DNA of 64,000 nt, taken from Eledone cirrhosa. Lineage: Eukaryota. The stretch lies in the NCBI GenBank assembly GCA_964016885.1, contig OZ024745.1:65906001-65970000 (forward strand), given 5' to 3'. Position numbers and translations under genes: made by a program. Below are positions 52,945 through 64,000 of the stretch, piece after piece. Positions within the stretch are counted from its first letter, which is position 1; every line of letters starts with the position of its first letter. The notes beneath the pieces were generated by a model, which did not search any database, was not told the origin of the DNA, and saw only the letters and a program-made list of their open reading frames with translations.

Positions 52945-55459
52945 GTGTGAAAGACCAAAGATCCTTCTTGAATGTCTCTGGATTTCACAAATACATGATA
53001 TTTTCTATTGGAGAAGGTAAGATATTTTATGGAAAAAATCTTATTGCACTGTTTTTTTTCCACTTATGTATTTTTTGAAAATGTGATTTATTCATTATAA
53101 AAATTAAATGATAGCATTATATATGTAGGTGGGCGCCCTTCATCTCCTGGCAACCTATATTTTTAAACTCGTCCGCCAATGTATGTATGTATACAGAAGT
53201 TACATTGAATGCACACAGATATGACCTTTACAACAGAAACAATTACTCCACTATTTGTCTTTTCATTCACAATCGGCACTGTTCCTGACATCTAAACAGA
53301 AAATAAAACAAATGCAGTTCGCAGTAATTATCAGTAATTATAGACAAGATTAGCTGTTTATTTCTAACTTACATGTATGCAAGCATTATGCTGTGCACAC
53401 CCTCACACACATACACAAACTCGCACTCACAGACATACACATACACGCACACACACACATCACAAAGGTCGTTTTAACGACCACTGCTCCACGGTCAGTA
53501 ACATCTCAACTTCTGCCATTGCGCTGCACCACCGGAAGGAAGTCCGTACGGAAATCCAATTATTTTAATAATAATATAATAAATGTAACATATGGCGCAT
53601 GGAACCTATACATATATATTACACACACAAATTAAGCGGACTAAGCAATGAACCAACTTCTCTCAGTAGAAGACAATTATCAGGTTGCAGCATATTGTCA
53701 GTAGCATGTTATTGTAGCCATGTTACACATGTATGTTGATGTCAAGTAGACGGAAATAATAATGTTTAATGTATTAGAAAATTAGTACAGATCAACATGT
53801 TCACCTTGAAATCATATATCAATCAAGGATCAATACTTTTTCATGACAAGAAATTTATACATTCTTGGTAGAATTGTTAAGCGCCCCTTGAAAATATTCT
53901 TTGTGTTATATGGTCCGACTCTTTGCGATTTGAGTTCAAATAACGCCGCAATCAAATCTTGTTTTTAAGTCGATGTAATCGACTGATCCTCTCTCGCTTC
54001 GCACAAATTTCCGGCTTTGGTTTTATGTTTGAAACGATTATGTACTATGTTTTCAGGGGATAGCATTCTACTTTCGTTTGTTTAAGTATCCATGTTGTAA
54101 TATATTTCTTGTGCAAATATTAACAGGTGACGAATTCGAAATTTTAAATATCACTATTGTGTCAACATGATAAATCCTGTTGTCTTCTACACAACGTTTT
54201 TTTTGCCAGTGTATCTGACTATGAACATTATTTTTCTAGTAACACAAGTTTTCTATGGAAGCCGGAATTGAATTCCCACTGTGGAATTTTGCTATTTCAC
54301 TTTCTGCAATCAGTAATATTTTTCTCAATCCGCTATATGTTGTAATATGCAAAATTCTAAATGTATGTTTGTATTTTTCTTCCTGCTTATCTTCTCCGCT
54401 ATAATAATATGGTCACCATCTGTAGTACTGTCCAGTTTTGTCTGTTTTGTAGTATCATTAGGGATGTTATGCCTATAGAATATTTAATGATATTGTACGA
54501 ATCTATATAGCATTTACGTTCGCATGTTTGTAATCTTGTAGAGGGTATAGAAGGTCTACCTGGGATGTTCATTTTCTTATATGTTTAGGGAGGATTTTAA
54601 CGAGGTTTCATATAATAATAATACAGTTATATTGACATGGTATGACTGATACACATTCGAGCTTCTGTATTTATATCAAATGTCTCCAGTTTCAAAGAAT
54701 ATAGTATATCAATTCTTCCTGTATCCAATCCAAGTTTTGTTCTTTCTGATATCGTATGTTCCTAACCATTATATATACCTTTTCCCCTCTCATTTTCATC
54801 CTTCTCCGGTAATATGTTATTCATATCATATATACAGTCAGTCGGTTGTAAAATATATGATTTAATAATCAAGTCTTTTGTGGATTAATGTTGATCTCCC
54901 TCTTCGGTTTGCCTGCAGATGTATGATTACTGTTGTTTTGAAATAGATTTCCTTTTTTCATATCTCCTTTCCTTCCATGAATGTGGGGCAAGTAACTTCT
55001 ATCGTCTTTAAAATGGTGTCTCCCTAGCACCGTTAGTAGTTTTTTGTGTTTCTGTCGCAACTTTTCAATCACTTAAATTCCAGTATATTATTTAAAACTG
55101 TTTTTTTTTAAATAACTGGTATGGCTGGTGTATTTCTAGCAGTGAGTTCGGTTTTTAATATCAGTCTTAATCCTCTGAATTATTATTTATTTTCCATCCT
55201 TGTTCTATTCAATGTGTTTCGAATCAGGCCCTATATTTGTTGTTTATTGATCTGTTTCTGATATATATTTTTTCCATTAGCACCAAAATACATTTGAAAG
55301 AAGGTGTGTGAATAGTACTACAGCACATACCCTACCATGAATAGGAGCAGCAGCGATATTAGCAGCAACATCCTTAGCACGAGCATCGGAAGCAGCAACA
55401 GAACACATCAACAACGACAACACAAACAAAACCAGCAGCTTTGTCTTTAATGCCTACGA

Positions 55460-55992
55460 GGGTCGATAAAATAAAATACCAATAACGCACTCTGGTCAAT
55501 TTAATGGACATTACCCTTCCCTCAAATTGTTGGCCATGTTCCTAAATTAGAAAACATTATTATTTGAGGCGGTAGACAGGCGGTATCGGTAGAGGTCGGA
55601 CAACATGTTTTGTTACGGCCCTTTGCGTTCTTACTTCAAATCCCGCCGAGGTTAACTTTGCCTTTCATCCTTACGGGGTTGATAAATAAAGAACCAGTAA
55701 TACACTGAAGTCGATTTAATCGAATTTCCCCTCACCTTCAAATTGCTGGCCTTATGCCTATAGTAGAAATCATTATTATTATTGTTGGTATAGAGCGGTG
55801 GATTGGCAGTATCAGTAGAGAGTCGGATGCCATGCTTTGACGCATAGAGTTACGGCCCTTGCCATTCTGAGTTCAAATCCCGCCGAGGTTAACTGTGCCT
55901 TTCATCCTTACGGGGTCAATAAAATAAAGTACCAGTAATGCACTGGGATAATTGCTGGCCTTGTGCCAAAAGTAGAGACAATTATTATTATT
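55460..55992 (+). mobile_element. three tandem tRNA-SINE copies (first partial)
   Basis: family body repeated at about 55460-55565, 55566-55785 and 55792-55992. Confidence 0.85.
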
Positions 55993-57117
55993 GGTGGTGG
56001 TGGTGTGGGGGAGGGGCTTTCTTCTGCTGCTGTTGGCGAACGGTGGTTCATATTGTAACGCTCTGTGGAAATTGTACATTTGTTTTCAGCTTTGCCTGAT
56101 TATAACATTCATGTTATCCATTAATATGATCTGCCTTGTTGCGGAATCGATCAGTGATGCGATGTGATGGTTGTTTACTCTTTCAATTTCTATTGTGACC
56201 AGACTTTAGTTTTACAGTCTTCGAACTTTCTCATTAAAAGATTGATTGATTAAAACGCCACTTGCTTTTACAAACAAGAAAAACTTGATGAACACAGAAA
56301 TCAGCAAAGTGAAAGTGTGAGCATTTCTCTGAGCTTTTTGTCTTTAATAAATTAATGAAGAGAGAAATACAAGCGGCATTCCCCCAATGGGTGGGGTGGT
56401 TTGCGATAGCATGGCGACGTTATGACCGCCAAAACTACCCCCCCCCCCCCCCCCCCGAAAAACCAATGTTAACACTATCAAAGATGTTGACAGTGAAAAT
56501 AACATCCAAAATGAACAGTATCTGTGGCTCGAAGACTTTATTTAATAGCACCTCCACAACTTCCACCATCAGATACATGGCTATTAGAATCACCGACATC
56601 ATAAATGTGGTTGAAATACAAGCAAATGCAGCAGCGGCAACACTAGTGACATTAGAAACATGACTCTAAAACAACAGATATTTTATGGCGTACAGGAGGA
56701 AAGCAGACTTATGACGTTTTGTAATGATTCATAGACTAGCGAAAGAATGAGACAAGGAAGGAAATTGTGACTGGTGGGTTACTGCAGTAACAGGGAAATT
56801 AAATATTTAGTTGAAGTTGGTCTGAGTATCGCATCTGAATGCTGTTCGTCATTAATCTGTGCGATGGATTAAATATAACAGTCAAGTATATGTTCAACCG
56901 ATCCCTCTTCCCATCTAAAACATCAGAGACCACCAAATACAGCCAACTTTCACTAATATAAAAATCCATGAGGAATACAAAATGTTAGGATTTGCAATAG
57001 TAACAACACACACACACGGAATACACTTTTAGATAGTATATTTATTCGGAAAATATGTAGCACACTCTAATACAAAGCGTATCGCCATCAGAAAGTAAAA
57101 TTAACGTTACTGTATAA

Positions 57118-57305
57118 ATAATTGTTTCTACTTTTGGCACAAGGCCAGCAATTATCCCAGTGTATTGCTGGTACTTTATTTTATCGACCCCGTAAGGATG
57201 AAAGGCAAAGTTAACCTCGGCGGGATTTGAACTCAGACCGTAAAGGGCCGTAACTCTTTGCTGCAAAGCATGGCGCCCGAAATCTCTACCGATACTGCCA
57301 ATCCT
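57118..57305 (-). mobile_element. tRNA-SINE copy with probable target-site duplication
   Basis: family body; ACGTTACTGTATAAATAAT on both sides. Confidence 0.85.
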
Positions 57306-57589
57306 ACGTTACTGTATAAATAATACAACACATCCGTAATAGAATGTATTTCACCTGCGATCATTATACAACAAAGCTAAAATAGACTACAATGTAGGGA
57401 AAACAACACACTTATAATCCTTACAGTCTCTAAATCGTGCCGACGCTCCCGCCGCCGCCATTATTTTAAAGGCATATTGGATGACATTGACGATTTCTGA
57501 ATAGAAATGGTTTGAATATTTTTGAGTATAAGGATACTAGAAGACAGCTATTTTGTTGCAGAAAAACAACAGCAACAACAGCAATTATA

Positions 57590-57938
57590 ATTTCTAGTTT
57601 AGGCACAAGCTCAGCAATTCACAGGAAGAAGAAAATCAATTTCATCGACCTCCTTCTTTACTAGTACTTTATTTTATCGACCTTAGCAGGATGAAAGGCA
57701 AAAGTGGACTGCAACAATAATGGTTTATGATTTAGGCACAAGGCCAGCAATTTTGGGGAGAGGGGAAAAGTCGATTAAATTGACGCCAGTGAATTGTTGG
57801 TGCTTTATTTTATCGACCCCGTATGGATGAAAGGTAAAGTTAACCTCGGCGGGATTTGAACTCAGACCGTAAAGGACCGTAACTCTATGCTGAAAAGCAT
57901 GGTGTCCGACTCCCTACCGATACTGCCAATCCACCGCC
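57590..57938 (-). mobile_element. tRNA-SINE copies (one full, one partial)
   Basis: family body on the minus strand. Confidence 0.85.
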
Positions 57939-58218
57939 CTGTGGAATGGAACAATAATGACAACAATTAAAACATCTTTTTCTCATTTGCTGGAGACAAT
58001 ATCAGAGTTAGAAAATGACAGGGCAATGAAGAAAATGCAATGATAACATATATAAAGCTGATGTTGTGCAGTTATTTCTGTTTCATGTTAACAGGATATG
58101 ACAGTAACATATGTATGTCTATATATAAGTGTGAACATCGTTTAAGTACAGCTCACAAAGGCCACTGATATGATACATACATGCAGGATGTTAAAACCGA
58201 AAATTGGATGTTCTTGAT

Positions 58219-58702
58219 TAGAGGTTCTCAACGGGGGGGCATATGCCCCCGGGGGGAGGGCGTTTCGTAGCCCCAGGGCGGCGTTATGCAGTGAGGGGGC
58301 GTTAGAGGGCAGGTTAGGGGGGGGGGGCGTTATGCAGTAAGGGGGTGTTTGAAACTTTGAGGGCGCTAGAAGCCCTTTTAGTTTGCTAAGTTTTATAAGT
58401 CACATTTGTACGTCTCTTAGACAGTCAGTGATTTGAATGAAGAAAACAAAGAAAATAAATTAAAAAAGCTTGTCAACGAATTCCCTAGGGAGATAAAAGA
58501 AAATCAAAAGAAATCAAAGAGAATGTAGGTAAGGACTACTTCAACAGAAATGACAAGAAGAAGCAATGGTGGTGAACATACACACACATACATACATACA
58601 TACATACATACACACACACATATATACACATGCATACACACACACACATATATATATACACACATAGGCCGGCGTTAGTGTTTGATGAGGTTGAGAACCT
58701 GG
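58219..58702. mobile_element. hAT-type MITE relic
   Basis: terminal inverted AGGTTCTCAAC / GTTGAGAACCT; G-rich subterminal repeats. Confidence 0.45.
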
Positions 58703-59105
58703 TCAGTTTTCAGCCAGAAGTGTGGTATTTAAACTCCCTAGGTAATAAAATCTGGCGACAAACATGTTCTCCTTACCAAAAAAAGAAGACATAGATCATA
58801 TCAACATCCTTACACACTTAAATATAAATGCATGAATATATAGAAATGTATAAATGCATAGCTATATACATACGTAAATGTATTTATCTATGTATGTATG
58901 TATGTAGATGTATATATATATATAACCTCTTTTATACCATAAACGTGGTTCTGTCCTTGCACGTAATTGTTTTTCACCGCTCCTATTAATGACGTATTAT
59001 TCGTTTTTTCCCGTTCTTTGCCAGCGAACGTCACCATGAACCAAAGTATCGTCTTCCTGTCTTCCTCCGGTTGCAACGTTTTTTGAAATATCCAGTTCTG
59101 CGTTT

Positions 59106-59181
59106 ACAGATTGACTTTGTTAGTTTCAGAAGATCCCGTTAAGGGTGAAAGTAGCGATTCTTTGCTTAAACTTTAATCTGT
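59106..59181 (+). ncRNA. variant type I hammerhead (CAGAAGA core, CUU site), 5' pLTR
   Basis: distal stem I ACAGAUUGA/UUAAUCUGU, 7-nt bulge, proximal stem I AGUUU/AAACU, stem II CCC guuaa GGG, GAAA, stem III GUA../..UGC. Confidence 0.65.
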
Positions 59182-59325
59182 TATTTTAATAAATATTTGC
59201 TCTTCGGTTCTTATATATTTGATATATATTTTCCTTATCGAGCCCTCTCTGGATTTTAGTCTTCAATTTTATTATTATTACTATTTGGCTCCTTCGGTTG
59301 AGCACTCTACTGACTTATATTCATC

Positions 59326-61455
59326 ATGCAGAAACAACATCTGAATATTTCTACAAAGAACATACCCGTACCAAGCAGGAAAACATACCTAAAACTCCTG
59401 ATACAGAAAACAGACGCGTTCATTAAAAGGTTGCGTTGGCGTGCCTTTTACTTCGATAATCCGCGAAACGCATACAACAAGCAGGACAAATTTGGATTTA
59501 AAACCTATAATAACCCTCCGTGGAACCCAGCATTGCTACCCTTCGAAAATGATGTCTTGGAACTCATTCGGAGTATCAAATTTCGGAATAGGAGCAATTC
59601 CTTCCAGCAAGACCTGAAGAATAGAATTCGTTCTATTAAGGATTCTAACGCCGTGCACGTCCATTCCGACAAAACTGGCAACCTATATCAAGTGGAGCGC
59701 AGTACTTACCATCAACTACTACATAATGCTGTAACTAAGGATTACCGTAAAACTAATCGGTGTGTCATCAATGAAATCAACGATGCTGGGTTTAAAATCA
59801 CATCTGATCTCAACATCCTGGACCGGACCGAACCCCTGGACCCTATCTCTCCCCACATTACCCTGAAAGCCCACAAATCCAATTTTCCGAACAACCCCTC
59901 TATTCGGCTTATTAACCCTACGAAGTCCGATTTAGGTAGACTTAGTAAAACGATTCTTGATAGAATTATACCTGAAATTAGAAATTTGGCCCCTCTCGCA
60001 CTGTGGAATAATTCTTTCGCGGTGATTGATTGGTTCAACGGCATATGTAACAAGGAACATTGCCGTTTTATCCAATTCGACATCAACAATTACTACTCCT
60101 CCATCACTTTACCACTTCTCCTTAGAGCTATCAATTTCACTAATACACTCACAGTGGTTAAGGATTTCGAAGTTGATGTCATCCTTAATGCCCGAAAGTC
60201 GGTGATTAATTTCGACGATTCTATTTGGATTAAAAAATCCAATAGTACCCCATTCGACGTGAGTATGGGCGCCAGTGACTCTGCGGAGGTTACTGATCTT
60301 ATTGGCCTTTTCCTTCTTTTCTCTATCAAGGACGAATTCCCCTACGCGGGCGGTGGTTTGTACCGTGACGATGGCCTTTTGACCATGACTAAGTGCGGAC
60401 CTCGTGCTTGCGACAGATTCAGAAAAGAACTCACAGCCTTCTTTAAAGGCTTCAACCTCTCTATACAGGTTGAGGCTAATCTCTCGGTCGTTAATTACCT
60501 CGACGTTACCCTCAATTTATTGAATGGGTTGCATTACCCGTATAGAAAGCCGAATGATACGCTTAATTACATAAGTAAGCATTCCAACCATCCTGCCAGC
60601 ATAACCAAGAACCTGGTAAAAAACGTTTCGTTGAGGCTTTCCCGTCTTTCCCCCAACGAGCGCATTTTCAACGACCATTCCACTTATTACAATGAAGCTC
60701 TTGCTCGAAGTGGATTTGTCGAGAAGGTAGCATATACAGAGTACGAGAATAGACCTAGAAGAAATAGATCCCGCCGCATTTGTTGGTTTAACCCACCATA
60801 TAATATGGAAGTGGCCACACCATTAGCTAAGATATTTCTTTCCCTTATTACGAAGCATTTTCCCCCTACACATAAATATAGTAAAATTTTTAATAGAAAC
60901 ACTATTAAAATTTCTTACTCAACGACTCCTAACCTTGCACATAACATCACAGCTTCAAATTTAGCTAAAATACCTAGCCGTAGGAACACGTGCAACCCTG
61001 TAGTTAGTACTAACTGTAATTGTAGGAATCGGGCTGATTGTCCCCTATCCGGGAAATGCCTCTCTAGTAACATTGTCTACATATGTAAGGTTGTAACACC
61101 CACGTCCTGTTGGGCCTACATAGGGTTAACCGCCAATAGTTTCAAGCAGCGTCTTTACATGCATACCCATTCTTTTCGTTACCCTCTAAGAAGGAATATG
61201 ACGTCACTTTCAGCTTATATCTGGAGTCTAAAAGACAACTACACCCAATATAAGTTACACTGGGAGATCCTAGCTAGGGCTAGATCGTATAACGGAAATA
61301 AAAGACCATGTGACCTCTGCCCCGCTGAGGCCCTGGAAATACTCTACGCCACAGACCACATCTTAAACAAAAAATCTGAGGCAATTTCGGCTTGTAAACA
61401 TAAATTGCACAAAACTTTCCTGTATTACAGCCCTACGTTATACCCTAACGGATAG
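59326..61455 (+). CDS. PLE reverse transcriptase / GIY-YIG endonuclease, 709 aa, uninterrupted
   Basis: KNIP..KRLRWRA..FGFK N-terminus, FDINNYY, MGASDSAE, YRDDGL, YLD, WFNPPY, CNCRx4CPLSGKC, NIVY..YIG..FKQR, CDLC. Confidence 0.95.
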   Translation: MQKQHLNISTKNIPVPSRKTYLKLLIQKTDAFIKRLRWRAFYFDNPRNAYNKQDKFGFKTYNNPPWNPALLPFENDVLELIRSIKFRNRSNSFQQDLKNRIRSIKDSNAVHVHSDKTGNLYQVERSTYHQLLHNAVTKDYRKTNRCVINEINDAGFKITSDLNILDRTEPLDPISPHITLKAHKSNFPNNPSIRLINPTKSDLGRLSKTILDRIIPEIRNLAPLALWNNSFAVIDWFNGICNKEHCRFIQFDINNYYSSITLPLLLRAINFTNTLTVVKDFEVDVILNARKSVINFDDSIWIKKSNSTPFDVSMGASDSAEVTDLIGLFLLFSIKDEFPYAGGGLYRDDGLLTMTKCGPRACDRFRKELTAFFKGFNLSIQVEANLSVVNYLDVTLNLLNGLHYPYRKPNDTLNYISKHSNHPASITKNLVKNVSLRLSRLSPNERIFNDHSTYYNEALARSGFVEKVAYTEYENRPRRNRSRRICWFNPPYNMEVATPLAKIFLSLITKHFPPTHKYSKIFNRNTIKISYSTTPNLAHNITASNLAKIPSRRNTCNPVVSTNCNCRNRADCPLSGKCLSSNIVYICKVVTPTSCWAYIGLTANSFKQRLYMHTHSFRYPLRRNMTSLSAYIWSLKDNYTQYKLHWEILARARSYNGNKRPCDLCPAEALEILYATDHILNKKSEAISACKHKLHKTFLYYSPTLYPNG

Positions 61456-62365
61456 CACGATCTATACGTGGATATTTACGTCTTGATGTGGGAGCTAAGT
61501 ATATGTTTTGTTTATTCCTTTACTTTTTGCATAGGTAAGTATATATTACCCGTATGTTTTGTGAAGGTATGTATACCTTCTCGTACGTATATTTGACTGT
61601 TTTGGCGTATAATTTTTACATATTCTGGTATTTAGGGCTTGGTTATGTGTATATGGGAGTTTTGCGTCTGCGTGAGTATGCAGGTTCGTACGTATGGTGG
61701 GTGCGTGTATATGTGTACTTCTTGTTTTAGTTGACTTATGTCTCCGAACCTTCATGTATTTATTTGTAGGTATGTGTGTGCGCTTGTTATATACGTATTT
61801 ATTTACTTATATACGTTTATATAATTATTTATTTATTTGTACACAAGCATACACACATACACATATTTATATGTGCGTGGTTTTGTATACCTATGGTAAG
61901 GTTTTGCGTATGCTTGTGTATGTACGTATCTGTTTGCGTGTATGTATTTATTTGTTCCTATTACTTCTGTATTGTATTTATTTACTTTGTTCTTAACTCT
62001 GTAGCGGAGATTCATTCGGTCTCCTAGTTAGATTTTTAGTCTACGACTTCTGCTATACCATTTACGTGGTTTTGTCTTTGCACGCTATTGTTCTCCACGC
62101 TCCACATATGACTTATTATCTTCGTTTTTTCGTTCATTGCCAGAGAACGTCTCTATGCACCACTTAGAGAACATTAGTCTACGACCTCTTTTATACCATA
62201 AACGTGATTCTGTCCTTGCACGTAATTGTTTATCACCGCTCCTATTAATGACGTATTATTCGTTATTTCCCGTTCTTTGCCAGCGAACGTCACCATGAAC
62301 CAAAGTATCGTCTTCCTGTCTTCCTCCGGTTGCAACGTTTTTTTGAAATATCCAGTTCTGCGTTT

Positions 62366-62441
62366 ACAGATTGACTTTGTTAGTTTCAGAAGATCCCGTT
62401 AAGGGTGAAAGCAGCGATTCTTTGCTTAAACTTTAATCTGT
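62366..62441 (+). ncRNA. variant type I hammerhead (CAGAAGA core, CUU site), 3' pLTR
   Basis: same fold, 3260 bp downstream of the 5' copy. Confidence 0.65.
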
Positions 62442-62443
62442 TA

Positions 62444-62509
<66 letters not shown>

Positions 62510-63053
62510 TTATATATATATATATATATAAATCTACATACATATATATATGGTGGCTGCCAACTCGTTTTCGAGTACGGCCACTACTTTATATCCATGT
62601 AGGAGAAACCCTACCGATGCTCTGAACGAGTCTGACTTTTTAGTCCAGCAAGCGACTTGAAAACTCTGGTACAAACACTACACTTGTGACAATCATTGAC
62701 ACATAGTGCTGGGCCCATGGTACCATGTGACGACAAGTGCAGAGAGATCTCCAGATATAAAGCAATGCCTGTGCCGTGAAGCTTTTATAGTGAGCAAAGG
62801 CGCTGCACAAAGCCAGCCCCACTCTCTTAACCAAGATGATATTTACCAAAAAGAAGAATAATTCAACATCATTGGATACCATCAGGGTTGTAGGTGTTAT
62901 ATCAGAGTTTTCCTTCTCCTAGAATTCTGCCTTGACAAAGGCTAAGGGGTCATCTCTCCCGGTGATCTTTGATGGCCATTGACTCTTAAGAGCTTCTTTG
63001 TCTTTTGACAGGTTTTGTTTTTAGTCCTGCAGGATGTATATATATATATAAAT

Positions 63054-63090
<37 letters not shown>

Positions 63091-63374
63091 AATATATATA
63101 TATAAACGGAAAAAATGAAACGATATTTCATTTCCCACTCTTAGTACGGCTGTTATTTAAATATAAGTATGTACACGTACATACATATATGTATACCGAC
63201 GTACAGTAGTATGTATATATATATATATATACATGCATGCACACATATATATATGCACGTATGGATTCACCGAACATTTATTATAATGCTCGGTGTGTTT
63301 GTAAACAAACATCCCGTATTAAGCCGTAGTGTCTAGCAACCACCGTTGCTCGTTTGTTCAACACTGACAAAGGA

Positions 63375-63417
63375 ACGCTGTACTAGTTCCAAGCTTGTTA
63401 GCTATCGTCAGCAACGT
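63375..63417 (-). ncRNA. hammerhead copy with GAAA->GGAA core mutation
   Basis: minus strand: ACGUUG-CUGACGA-UAGCU aaca AGCUU-GGAA-CUAG-UA-CAGCGU. Confidence 0.75.
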
Positions 63418-63871
63418 ATACCTTCCTGCCAGATTGTTGAACGTATATACTTACCTTATGCATATTAACGGCTGAGTAGCCCAATTTGCATATCGAGTGG
63501 GTTAATCGGCCGGGTGCACCGAAAACGATAAACGGAAAAAAAGAAACGATGTTTGTTTACAAACACACCGAGCATTATAATAAATGTTCGGTGAATCCAT
63601 ACGTGCATATATATATGTGTGCATGTATGTATATATATATATATATATACATATTACTGTACGTCGGTATACATATATGTATGTACGTGTACATACTTAT
63701 ATTTAAGTAACAGCCGTACTAAGAGTGGGAAATGAAATATCGTTTCATTTTTTCCGTTTATCGTTTTCGGTGCACCCGGCCGATTAACCCACTCGATATG
63801 CAAATTGGGCTACTCAGCCGTTAATATGCATAAGGTAAGTATATACGTTCAACAATCTGGCAGGAAGGTAT

Positions 63872-63914
63872 ACGTTGCTGACGATAGCTAACAAGCTTGA
63901 AACTAGTACAGCGT
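63872..63914 (+). ncRNA. minimal type I hammerhead ribozyme, predicted cleavage after 63908
   Basis: ACGUUG-CUGACGA-UAGCU aaca AGCUU-GAAA-CUAG-UA-CAGCGU. Confidence 0.9.
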
Positions 63915-64000
63915 TCCTTTGTCAGTGTTGAACAAACGAGCAACGGCGGTTGCTAGACACTACGGCTTAATACGGGATGTTTGTTTACAAACACACCGAG

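Larger units (their letters stand above)
58925..62450 (+). mobile_element. full-length Naiad-type Penelope-like retroelement (family A) with direct pLTRs
   Basis: pLTRs 58925-59190 and about 62183-62450 differ at only a handful of positions; (TA)n flanks; intact ORF. Confidence 0.95.
63104..64000. mobile_element. second retrozyme-like subfamily, 426-428-bp unit, in inverted arrangement, running off the window
   Basis: minus-strand unit 63104-63548 joined to a plus-strand unit from 63548; homologous to the 460-bp unit. Confidence 0.88.

Noticed and set aside
54150-55100. Possible CR1/L2-like LINE relic on the minus strand
   Set aside because: Too decayed to identify diagnostic motifs by eye.
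59326-61455. Selenocysteine recoding as reported for some Naiad elements
   Set aside because: The ORF has no in-frame TGA, and stops in the decayed copies are mixed TAG/TAA/TGA lesions.

Overview
AT-rich, microsatellite-dense eukaryotic DNA, most likely an octopod cephalopod (inferred from the tRNA-SINE family and the (TA)n/(CA)n/(CATA)n load). No host protein-coding gene can be confidently called, and most listed ORFs are microsatellite artefacts. The window is mostly mobile DNA. It holds Penelope-like elements (PLEs: one intact Naiad-type ORF at 59326-61455, decayed Naiad copies of three families, a Neptune-type and a Poseidon-type relic), a near-full-length RTE LINE, CRE-clade and other RLE-type LINE pieces, tRNA-SINEs, mariner/hAT/Helitron relics and a 31-bp minisatellite. 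The main hidden signal is RNA structure: by eye there are about 20 type I hammerhead ribozyme (HHR) motifs. They comprise (i) a non-coding 426-460-bp tandem 'retrozyme' family with a minimal HHR and a conserved octamer ATGCAAAT, (ii) a non-canonical CAGAnGA/CUU HHR fixed in all 8 pLTR copies of the intact Naiad family, (iii) U3-A8 core variants, (iv) HHRs with large structured stem II inserts, and (v) fold-back micro-insertions centred on HHR hairpins. All folds were assigned by eye and none is tested. Element boundaries are approximate.
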